A stretch of DNA of 63,822 nt, counting the filler, from Trichomonas gallinae (lineage: Eukaryota): the NCBI GenBank assembly GCA_008369845.1. It is 8 parts of 8 records of this genome, joined end to end, with 100 filler letters (N's around TTAATTAATTAA, not from the genome) between each part and the next. Parts side by side here need not be neighbours in the genome. Positions count along the whole stretch, not along the records: positions 53,964 to 57,426 come from MRSU01001092.1; positions 57,527 to 61,348 come from MRSU01001095.1; positions 61,449 to 62,711 come from MRSU01001114.1; positions 62,812 to 63,822 come from MRSU01001131.1; 4 more parts are not named here. One strand, given 5' to 3'. The first letter of the stretch is position 1. Each line of letters starts with the position of its first letter. The position numbers and the translations under genes are program-made. Below are positions 54,600 to 63,822 of the stretch, piece after piece. The notes under the pieces are model-generated. The model was not told where the DNA came from. It worked only from the letters and a program-made list of their open reading frames with translations, and ran no database searches.

Positions 54600-56288
54600 T
54601 TACAATTCTTGAGTATCTATCATAAAATATCTATCTGCATTATTTTCTTCGAAGTCAATTACAAAAACATCATCTGTTTCTTCAGTGACTGTCGTAGTAA
54701 ACATTGGATTATCGATTGTTATGCAATTATCATTACCAAATATCATGGTCTGTTCAATCATTTCATTTGCACTTTCCTGTGATGATTCATCTTCTTTGGA
54801 TCTCAGTAATAAGAAAGCAACAAATGCAATAATTCCTGCTAGAACTAAGACACCAATGACAATTCCTATGACTAATCCAAGTGGAAATTCTTTCTTTTTG
54901 TTTTTCTTCTTTCCGTCTAATTTTTCCATTTCATTCGTAGGAGTAGGCGTTTGTTTGGATTCAATATTTGATGAATGTGAAATAGAATTAAATTCTGGTG
55001 TTGGAAGAGCTTCAGATTTGATTATAACCGAGGTTTCTGAAGGATCTGCTGCTATTGATAGAGTAATTGAAGGAGTATTACTTGGTGTTATTGAAGGTGT
55101 ATTGCTTGGTGTTGTTGATGGAGTTGTGCTTGGTGTTATTGAAGGTGTAGTGCTTGGTGTTATTGAAGGTGTAGTGCTTGGTGTTATTGATGGAGTTGTG
55201 CTTGGTGTTATTGATGGAGTTGTGCTTGGTGTTGTTGAAGGTGTATTGCTTGGTGTTGTTGAAGGAGTTTGACGAGGCAAGCATCTGCCTTCTGAAAGAA
55301 CTTCATTATCTTGACATTCTGAACAATTTTTGCCATTCAAACATTTTTTGCAATCTGATGGACATTTTCTACAATTAAAACTTGTTCCATCTCTATAAGT
55401 TATATCTGGAGTTAAATTGCATGAATCATAACACTTTGCATTATAATAAAATTTCCCTTCCAAACATTTATAGCAATAATTTTTAGTAACTTTACTACAA
55501 TCATAGCAACTAGTAGGGCATTTCATAACTGGTATAATAAATACAGAACCATCACCAGTTTCTTCATTATCAGAACCATCATAGGCATGTGGTAATCCGT
55601 AAAAATATGCATGGTTAAAATAGCTTGAACCACCGCATCCCATAGTTTTATAAATGGTTCCAGCCATCATTGCGATATTTCCTCCTGCACCACCTTTAGC
55701 ACCACCACCACCTCCAGTTCCTGGGATATAATAATAATCCTCTCCTTTTCCACCTTTTGTTCCTAGCTTAGAGAAACATTTATCTTCTGAACATTTGCTT
55801 TGAACACCTTTTCCAACATAGATGAATGTATAATCTCCACCACCAGCATCACTACCATTAATGCCATAAGAAGCACCAGATCCACCACCTGCAATTGCAA
55901 TTTGAATTCGATTATTGGTAATTGTCTCTAAAAGTGAGAATCCACCACCTCCACCACCTTGTTCACCATTGTTAGATTCTAAATCAACGCCACTATCGCC
56001 GCCAAATCCATATATGCCTCCTCGATTTTGAGATTGCGTACAAGTTGGATAAGGCATTGATCCAACAACAATATTGTATTCAATGTTGCCTTTAACATGT
56101 AATGTTCCAGTGATTTTTGCACCTTTACCACCAAAGGTGGTATCGGCAACATATCCATATCTGCATGCTTGACCTCCTTGGGCTCCAATTATAGTGAAAT
56201 CATAGTACCCAGAAGATATAGTGCACGAATAGTTTCCAGCTTTAACATATCGCTCCTTACAAGCCAACAAAATTAGCATCAACAACAT
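54600..56288 (-). CDS. Type I surface protein: Gly-rich domain, furin-like Cys-rich repeats, TPSx stalk, TM, acidic NPxF tail
   Basis: GAQGG/GGKGA/GGGGGG/AGGGSGA; CPTSCYDC and CPSDCKKC; TM LGLVIGIVIGVLVLAGIIAFVAFLLL; DNPMF...DDVF. Confidence 0.85.
   Translation of the reverse strand: MLLMLILLACKERYVKAGNYSCTISSGYYDFTIIGAQGGQACRYGYVADTTFGGKGAKITGTLHVKGNIEYNIVVGSMPYPTCTQSQNRGGIYGFGGDSGVDLESNNGEQGGGGGGFSLLETITNNRIQIAIAGGGSGASYGINGSDAGGGDYTFIYVGKGVQSKCSEDKCFSKLGTKGGKGEDYYYIPGTGGGGGAKGGAGGNIAMMAGTIYKTMGCGGSSYFNHAYFYGLPHAYDGSDNEETGDGSVFIIPVMKCPTSCYDCSKVTKNYCYKCLEGKFYYNAKCYDSCNLTPDITYRDGTSFNCRKCPSDCKKCLNGKNCSECQDNEVLSEGRCLPRQTPSTTPSNTPSTTPSTTPSITPSTTPSITPSTTPSITPSTTPSITPSTTPSTTPSNTPSITPSNTPSITLSIAADPSETSVIIKSEALPTPEFNSISHSSNIESKQTPTPTNEMEKLDGKKKNKKKEFPLGLVIGIVIGVLVLAGIIAFVAFLLLRSKEDESSQESANEMIEQTMIFGNDNCITIDNPMFTTTVTEETDDVFVIDFEENNADRYFMIDTQEL
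55066..55269 (-). repeat. 12-bp coding tandem repeat encoding ~17 x TPS(T/I/N)
   Basis: Directly visible, with a higher-order 24-bp periodicity. Confidence 0.95.
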
Positions 56289-58192
56289 TTTTTAAGCAAA
56301 ATTCAACAAAAAAGTCGGTAATATTATTACATTTAGTATTAATACCATTCATAATACTATTGATTAAAAATACTTATAAATTATAAATTCAAAATTAAAA
56401 TTATTGACTCTCTTAATGATATTAATGCATTATGAACCAAATTCAAATACTTTTCGTTCAAATTACTCTCAAATATTGTAAAAAAGTTTTGACACCTTCT
56501 AACAAATTTTCAGATATTATTTGTTAGATTTTGATTCAATTTTTTTTATCATTTCTAAAAAACTTGACCAGTACATTTTTATCAACAATAATAGTATTTT
56601 GAAATAAGAGTATGAACTTTATTCAAAATTCGATGAACGTTAAAATCTTTTGAATTTTTACAAATTTTTTGATACATTGAGAGAAGATAAATTTACACCG
56701 AATGGAATCTATTTAGAAAAAGAAAAATAATAATGTATGTGATTTTGTCCATTATCAAATGAGCGAAACATTAAGCATTCTTTTGATCATTTCTTTTTGG
56801 CTAAAATCTTTTTGAGTGATGCCAAAGAATTTTTATCTGTTAATCGAACCAATCTTTGACTTTATTTCGGAGTTTTACTGCGGATTCAAGTTACAATAGT
56901 GTTTAAATCTAATCAAAATCTTCGTTTTATGGTTCTCAAAATTTGAATGTTGTTATGCTTTATTTTGAATGTCGAAATTTTGACATTAAGACTGAAATTC
57001 AAACGCTAAATTTTATGATTGGTTCTAATTCGGAATTTGATTATGTGTTATATATCCATAATCTAATCTAATGTATGAAAATTAAAGTTGAAATTCTCAG
57101 TTTTTCAAAATCAATAAAAAATCGATAAGGAAAAAATACTTATTTCTATAACATTCATATATAGATGCCAATATTATATGCATGCATTTAATATCTGCAG
57201 CATTTGAACTCACAAATTTGTAGTTCCAATGATGTGTGCTTGTCATTCAGTTTAAAGCTGCTCTCCACTAATTTGAAGCCGCTCCCCATCAAATTCAGAA
57301 TGGGATATCACATCAGATCTGAGGAAAAACATTAATTATAGATGAAAATAGAGGTGTAGAAACCAGGTTTTTTTGGTATTTTTGCTCCAAACTTTGTCTA
57401 TATACTATATGTACATACACCATATTNNNNNNNNNNNNNNNNNNNNNNNNNNNNNNNNNNNNNNNNNNNNTTAATTAATTAANNNNNNNNNNNNNNNNNN
57501 NNNNNNNNNNNNNNNNNNNNNNNNNNTTGGAACGTTAGATGGAGCTGCAGGAGGCGTTTTTATCATGTCACTTTTAAAATTTTCCCAAAAAGTGGAGTTT
57601 CCCCTCTTTTTTCATTATCATTCTACTTTCACAGAATGTTTATTTACTATCAAAAATTAAAATCTAATATAATATTGAAGAGAATTGTAAATATTGATCC
57701 TGATAGAGTCCACAATGATGGATGTAGGCAAAATATGTTCCTTTATTGATGGATGAGCGCCTGAAATGAAAACTTCTTTTGTGATTAAAAAGATGAGAGA
57801 ATGTTCTTCAGCGGTTTCAGTGTCAGTCACTCGCATCTTTTCATAAAAGATCGCTTTGTATATATTTTTGTTGATAAGAATCTTTAATCATCATGATGCA
57901 TAATATATATTCTTAAAATAGCTATTACTGTGATTGAAGATATTTATTGGTTCATAAGTTCAATTCTGGAATTAATACAAGCTTTCTACCATGCGTTACC
58001 TCATAGTCTGCATGATATGGCAACACATGATAGAAAGAACGCATTGATTATACTAGTAATTTAGTAAAAAAAAATTGTCCAAAGATGACATCAGATTTTT
58101 TTGAAATTAAAAAAATTGACATGTTAATGTTTATGACTTGTAAATAAATGTAAAGTCAAAAATGAGTGAAAATATGACACTTTTCAAGTATT

Positions 58193-59287
58193 ATGGAAGA
58201 AAATCCTGAAACTGAAGCGAAAACTGTGCAAAAAACTGCTCTTCAACTGAAAAGAGAGAAGAATAAAAGCAAAAAGAAAAACAAAATAAAGAAATTCGAG
58301 ATGCCTGTTATAATATTGCCCGAGGAACAAAAGAAACCAGAACAACAGCCACAAATTACTGAAGATACAAACGATATTGAAGATTATTACGCTGAAATTG
58401 AGCGTAAATTCAACGAAAAATTCGATCAGCCAAAAGTTGAAGAAGAAAATCATAAAGAAGAGGAACAACAGGAGGAAGAGGAAGTATATGAGGTGTCTGG
58501 AAGGCAAATGAGAAGATTTGGTCGCCCAACAATCGCAATGTTAAAACAAGAATCAAGAAGGCCAGAATTAGTTGAGCCTAATGACACAAACTCACCTGAT
58601 CCATTTACATTAGTCGAAATAAAGAATGCTCGTAATGTCATTCCTGTTCCGGGCCATTGGCAGCAAAAGAGAAAATATCTAAATTACAAGAGAGGCTCAG
58701 AAACATCAAAATACAGGTTGCCTGTTTATCTTGAAAAGACAAACATACCACAAATGCGTCAAGCACTTCTTGAAAGAGATGAATTAAAGTCATTAGCAGG
58801 AAAACAAAGAGATAGAACGCGTCCAAGGCTCGGCATGTTCGATGTTAAGCCTGAAGTGTTGTATAGTGCCTTCTTCCATCAGCAAACAAAGCCAATTATG
58901 TCGAGATTTGGTGAAGTTTACTACGAATATAGAGAACAAGTTGTTTCTAAGCGTGGATTCAGGTTAGTCCATTTATCTCAAACTCTTAGAGATGCATTGG
59001 GCATGTCAGAGAAGTCTCCTCCTCCATATTTGTTCAACATGCAGAGATTTGGTCCTCCTCCTTCATACCCAAACATTAAGATACCTGGACTCACAGCACC
59101 GATACCCAAAGGCTGCAGATATGGCAGCGGACCAAACGGATGGGGTCAGGTTCCAATTCAAGACGGAAAGCCATTATTTGGAGGAAATCCATTCGGAAAT
59201 CCTGACGATGAAGAGGTTTTGGAAGGTGTTGAACTGTGGGGACAATGCCATGTAGCAGAGGGAGTTCATGATGGTGTTAACATTTAA
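58193..59287 (+). CDS. SF3B2: Splicing factor 3B subunit 2 (SAP145/Cus1)
   Basis: LKQ...RPELVE..D..SPDP, RNVIPVPGHWQQKRKYL, FGEVYYE, and PSP domain PPPYLFNMQRFGPPPSYPNIKIPGL. Confidence 0.93.
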   Translation: MEENPETEAKTVQKTALQLKREKNKSKKKNKIKKFEMPVIILPEEQKKPEQQPQITEDTNDIEDYYAEIERKFNEKFDQPKVEEENHKEEEQQEEEEVYEVSGRQMRRFGRPTIAMLKQESRRPELVEPNDTNSPDPFTLVEIKNARNVIPVPGHWQQKRKYLNYKRGSETSKYRLPVYLEKTNIPQMRQALLERDELKSLAGKQRDRTRPRLGMFDVKPEVLYSAFFHQQTKPIMSRFGEVYYEYREQVVSKRGFRLVHLSQTLRDALGMSEKSPPPYLFNMQRFGPPPSYPNIKIPGLTAPIPKGCRYGSGPNGWGQVPIQDGKPLFGGNPFGNPDDEEVLEGVELWGQCHVAEGVHDGVNI

Positions 59288-59935
59288 TAATAATTGTTTT
59301 TTAGTAATAATATATGTTTGGTTTATATATTAACTATTAAAGTATTTCGTTATATTTTATGGAATGATGTTCTTCAGCTGTAGCTGCAACATCTGGAATG
59401 AAAACATCGTTTGTGCATAATACCTGGTATATGGAGAAGTTTGTTCATATTATTCTATATCCTTTCATCTTTTTAGAGTAACATTGCTTTAGTTTGCATT
59501 ACTGCATCAAAAATCACTTCTTAGAATACGATTCTATGTTGTATTGTTATGAATATGTAACATATAATATTATAAAGACTTCAAATTTCGATTATTCAAT
59601 ATTACTTTGCTGTAGCATATGGAAGTATTTGTAGCTGAGAATTTGATCCAAGACTTTGTAATGTATTAGTTTTAGATTTCAAAAGTTGAGTCTGTATCAA
59701 TTTAGTATTTATCAGTTTTAGGTACCTTCCGAATGGATTTCATTACATTGTGTATTTACATAATTTCTACATTAATATAAGTATTCACTTGTTTTCTTTG
59801 TAAAATCAAGGGATATTAATCAAAATAGCATAATATCTATTGATTTGATTTGAATCATAAAAATAACTTCTGAAAATTCCCATTATGAGTTAGTAGAATT
59901 AAAATACTAACATTTACTAACAATACTATGAAAGG

Positions 59936-60931
59936 TTATATATTAGATACCTCCCAAAACTCGCAATCAATAATTTTAACTTTTGGAGTTGATGTAAGTG
60001 TTGGTGATTCGAATGTTTGGCATGGTTCTGAGAATGAATACTCTAAAGCCTCGCTAAGAAAGATTGCAGAATTGTTTGATCCAACAATAATTGCAACATC
60101 TGATGCTGAAGCGAAGTTCTCGTTTGCTTTTGACCACTTGTATATTGACCAGTAGGGGTGTGTGGTGAAAACAAACATTTCTCCATTTCCATGATATTCT
60201 TTAGATTTTTTCAGTCCTTTTGTTAAATAGGCACCGAATTTGGTACCATCATCACCTAAAACTACCATGATTAACTGCGACTTTCCTTTTGTCTTGTCGA
60301 AAATTGTTTGTAAAGAAACTCCGTGCTCCATTGTAGAAAACAGCAACTTCCACGATGTATACTTCTCACGCATCGGTAAAGCATAGCGTATTGTTTCGAT
60401 TTCCTCCGCTTCTAAGATCTTTGACTGACCTTTGATTGAAAATACTTTTTTGTTGCCAGCTTGTTTGTCTTTATCATCTGAGCCGCTATTTCCCGATGGA
60501 AGCTTTGGTGCGCGGAAATGGACATTCTTCTGCAATGCTTCAATCTTTTCTGAAATTGTTTTCCTGAAGGTGATGAGTTCTCCTCTCATTCCTGTTATAG
60601 AAACAGTCTTATACGACTTCTTATCGAGAAGATCAGTGAGATACGTGAAAATAAGAACTGCAGGAGCAAATTCATTTTCGATTTGCTCGTAATCGTATGC
60701 ATCAATGAGTGAGAAATGCGGTATCAGGTTCATTTCAAGTATTCCAGTGAGATTCACATGAATAAAGCGTTTGTTTTCATGTGATTGAACAACGAGTTCA
60801 AAAATTGCAGCAATATTATTCGCATAAGCCCAGCATGGCTTTTCCACGTGGTCATCCATCTCCAGGACAACATTGATATGGCTTGGATCCCTTTTCTCGC
60901 TAAAATGAATAATTTCGCCTAGTTCTGTCAT
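59936..60931 (-). CDS. TLDc-domain (Oxr1-like) protein
   Basis: WKLLFSTMEHGVSLQT, KFGAY, GNGEMFVF, CQTFESP.L, EFWEV. First ATG at 60931. Confidence 0.9.
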   Translation of the reverse strand: MTELGEIIHFSEKRDPSHINVVLEMDDHVEKPCWAYANNIAAIFELVVQSHENKRFIHVNLTGILEMNLIPHFSLIDAYDYEQIENEFAPAVLIFTYLTDLLDKKSYKTVSITGMRGELITFRKTISEKIEALQKNVHFRAPKLPSGNSGSDDKDKQAGNKKVFSIKGQSKILEAEEIETIRYALPMREKYTSWKLLFSTMEHGVSLQTIFDKTKGKSQLIMVVLGDDGTKFGAYLTKGLKKSKEYHGNGEMFVFTTHPYWSIYKWSKANENFASASDVAIIVGSNNSAIFLSEALEYSFSEPCQTFESPTLTSTPKVKIIDCEFWEVSNI

Positions 60932-61268
60932 TTTGAAAAGTGTCAAATCATTGAAAAGTGATAATAAATAAAAGTGACAAAATTTTTACAAAAAAAGTCG
61001 GAATTCTGATTTCCCCATCTACTCTTTTTTCATTTACGACTCTATTTTTCTATTCTTGCACCTAGTACATTTCATTAGACTTATTATTTTCAAAATAATC
61101 ATAAAAAAAATGATATATTTCAAATCTTCATGAAAATGAGATTATACGATTGCAAAATAGGAAGATATAGTTAACACAGCATAGCATATCTATATTGTAA
61201 ACATTACATGCGGGCTTTTGCTATATAAGAAATGAGTGAAAATAATATTTTGTCATTTTGTCGCATAA

Positions 61269-61348
61269 ATAAAGGTAGTCCGGCAGATTTTTTAAAATTG
61301 TCAAAAATGGCCCCTGCTTATAAAACATGTCAGGTTCGACGCTACAGT
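61269..61348. mobile_element. Left part of putative ~208-bp MITE, truncated by gap
   Basis: TIR at 61269-61287 and a 26-nt overlap with the window start (see 1-154). Confidence 0.7.
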
Positions 61349-62585
61349 NNNNNNNNNNNNNNNNNNNNNNNNNNNNNNNNNNNNNNNNNNNNTTAATTAA
61401 TTAANNNNNNNNNNNNNNNNNNNNNNNNNNNNNNNNNNNNNNNNNNNNAACAGAATAGGAAAATAAAAAGAAGAAGGGGACGAAAAACCAAAAGAGCGGA
61501 GTTGCCGTTCATTTTTTACATTTCCCATAATTTCTTGATTCAAAATAAGAACCTTTATTTTCAAGAATTATGATATACTAACACGCCAGTAAGTGTTTAT
61601 ACACGAACTGCGAAGCGAAGATGGCTAATTTAACACTAAAAAATAAATTAAAAAAACCTATAATGCTTTTAGATTGAATTTAATAAACGAAAACTCCATA
61701 AATTTTTATCCTTATTTAAATTCTATTGAGATATAAGCATTTAGACAAACACATTGAAAGGATAAAGGAAAAATGCATAAAATAAGAATAAGGAACGGCT
61801 CAAAGTGACATACAACACAATAAAGACGTCATCTATACATTTTTGACATCCGATTAGCGAAGTTCAGTCTTATTTTTCATGTGAATAATTTAGGAAGTCG
61901 AGTTCGGCTTTGTGCTTCAAGATTCATCCATATATTCTTTTACATATGCTAAATCCGAGGAAATGATTGATCCAAGAAAGATATTTGACATAAAATTCTC
62001 CTATTTTCTGGCAGATTTGTTTATTTTGTACCGAAATCATGCTAATAGATACATTTTTCTGTTTAATATCATTTTGCACCATCAAATTATCGATTTGATG
62101 ATTTATTCAGTTGTGTTTACGATTTCGAATAAAAATGCCATGAAATTAGAACTATAACTTGAATATTGCATATTTAAGCCGATAGTATTCAAATAATATA
62201 CGAATGAGCCTAATTACCAATTATATGATAAAGATCGTGTTTTATTTTTTCATGCTAATGCTTTCTAGACTTCTTAAGCTCTATATACTGACAAATACAC
62301 ATGAATTAAGCAATATCATACAAGGTTAAAAATATAACACTGTTATTTAGTTGTAGTAATAAAATAATAAAGAAGATATACGTTTATGCATGGTTTTTGT
62401 TACATGGATCATCTATATTTGACTTCTCTCATACAGCCGCACTACACTTATATCTGATTCATATCCAAGTTTAAAAGAATATCGATTTATTATTTTTTGG
62501 TAAGCATTAAGCTATATTGCTCAATTATTATCAATTACACACTAAATAGCGTTTGTTTTATGAAGGAAAATAAACTGGTTGACCG

Positions 62586-62655
62586 AAGGTGGCCCCTATT
62601 GAGAGGAATTGAGAGAAAAAACGATTAAAAGGCCCTCAAATATAGGGGCCACCTT
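62586..62655. repeat. Perfect 14-bp inverted repeat (aaggtggcccctat/ataggggccacctt) with 42-nt spacer
   Basis: Directly visible. Lies in an ORF-less contig near a gap. Confidence 0.85.
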
Positions 62656-62813
62656 AGGGAGCAAACTTGTCCAAATTTTTTCTCATAAAAGGAGTTTATT
62701 TAGAACAATAANNNNNNNNNNNNNNNNNNNNNNNNNNNNNNNNNNNNNNNNNNNNTTAATTAATTAANNNNNNNNNNNNNNNNNNNNNNNNNNNNNNNNN
62801 NNNNNNNNNNNGA

Positions 62814-63008
62814 TCATCAGCATTGCCGCACTTTTGGAATGCTGGATTTAGGTTTTCTGATTCTCGAAATGAGATTGATGAGTTCATATTTTGGTCAGTA
62901 TTTTATGCAGGCGAGAAAGATCCTTACATGATGCGCAAGATCCAAAAGCAAGAAAGAATCATTGAGGAAGATACAACGAAATTAAATACAAAATTTGAAC
63001 AGCCTTAA
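62814..63008 (+). CDS. Possible 3' fragment of an unidentified gene running out of the gap
   Basis: Open frame from the contig start: SSALPHFWNAGFRFSDSRNEIDEFIFWSVFYAGEKDP...*. Confidence 0.35.
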   Translation, partial: SSALPHFWNAGFRFSDSRNEIDEFIFWSVFYAGEKDPYMMRKIQKQERIIEEDTTKLNTKFEQP

Positions 63009-63822
63009 ACAAAGAACAAATTTATTAATATTTGAATTTTTTTCCCACAAAACAATGCATATGCAAAAATTTAATCAAAAGATAAAAGTAGAGGGACGGA
63101 ATTTTTTTTTTAATTTTGGACAATAAAAAAAATTTTGGCGATGTCTATCAATTTGAACACAGTGGATAGACAGTAATTTTATCAATAAAGAATCCGCCAT
63201 GGGCGATTTGAGGAATGACCCTTCATCAATTTCTGGAATTGATATATATAACTAGAAATCAGTTTTTAAAAGTTGTTTATGCGATTACTGATGTTTTTAT
63301 ATCCATACCAAGCTTTAAAAACGGAAAAATCACAAATACATAGAATAACAAGGGTTGTGTTGACATGAAAGGGGAATATTTATAAAGGGAGTATATTGTT
63401 TAATTAGGGGGTTTTGATAAATAGGGGATGTAAAAAAAAGTATATGTTTTACTTATGGGTAGGCTGGCGGTTATTTTGAAAATTTGGGTAGGACCCAATG
63501 TATATTTGCATTAGTTTCAACTCAGATCAACATTGAAAAGAGAAATACGGAAATTTGATTTATTTATTTTTTTTTTCCAAAACATCAAATATTTCAAACT
63601 TTAGCTTTGAAAACATTATTATACCTAATACTATACTGCATCGTTCTAATGCATTAAAGCAACGGAGTGTTTTTATTCACAGATCTTTTTTTTACTTCTC
63701 GATATAAGATATTTCGGATTTTTACATAATACTCACTACATTGTTGGATTGTAGAGGTCTATATTACTGATAATATGGCAAAATGCACATTTATCTTCAT
63801 AAAATTTTTTGTTTGCTTTCAA

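Noticed and set aside
54685..55378. Antisense and alternate-frame ORFs (GVVLGVIE repeats)
   Set aside because: Shadows of the TPSx coding repeat.
57715..57765. ATGATG...CTGA possible box C/D snoRNA
   Set aside because: Imperfect box C, short length, no terminal stem and no recognisable rRNA guide.
61577..61589. ACTAACACGCCAG intron-like branch/acceptor
   Set aside because: Spacing is off by one, and no donor or flanking exon is visible.
18344..62811. Seven identical TTAATTAATTAA palindromes flanked by Ns
   Set aside because: Assembly linker with stops in six frames, not biology. ORFs reading through the X runs are artefacts.

Overview
Eukaryotic, AT-rich, apparently intron-less DNA that looks like a trichomonad parabasalid (Trichomonas-like). 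Support: Inr-type TCAYT motifs just before ATGs, a transmembrane adenylyl cyclase, BspA/GP63/ankyrin relics and Pmp-like surface proteins. The window is 8 contigs joined by seven artificial 100-nt N-TTAATTAATTAA-N linkers, so adjacency across gaps is unproven. Recognisable genes: a PIWI-type Argonaute whose slicer residues appear substituted, a divergent TOR kinase, a nucleoside/NR kinase-like protein ending in a CaaX-like motif, a TCP10/CENPJ-domain protein, an ER HSP70 (Grp170-like), a minimal Mcm10-like protein, glucosidase II beta-like, a TBC Rab-GAP, a membrane-anchored GH13 alpha-amylase, RPS23 (3' part), an ODA-docking-complex-like coiled coil, an R2R3 Myb, a TM adenylyl cyclase, a Gly-rich/Cys-rich surface protein, SF3B2 and a TLDc protein. 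Non-coding highlights: GC-elevated intergenic hairpins rich in G-U pairs, a roughly 208-bp MITE reconstructable from two contig ends, other inverted-repeat element ends at gaps, a circularly permuted 6.1-kb cyclase contig and a clustered TTTACATG upstream motif. All calls come from reading the sequence by eye; no searches or folding programs were run.
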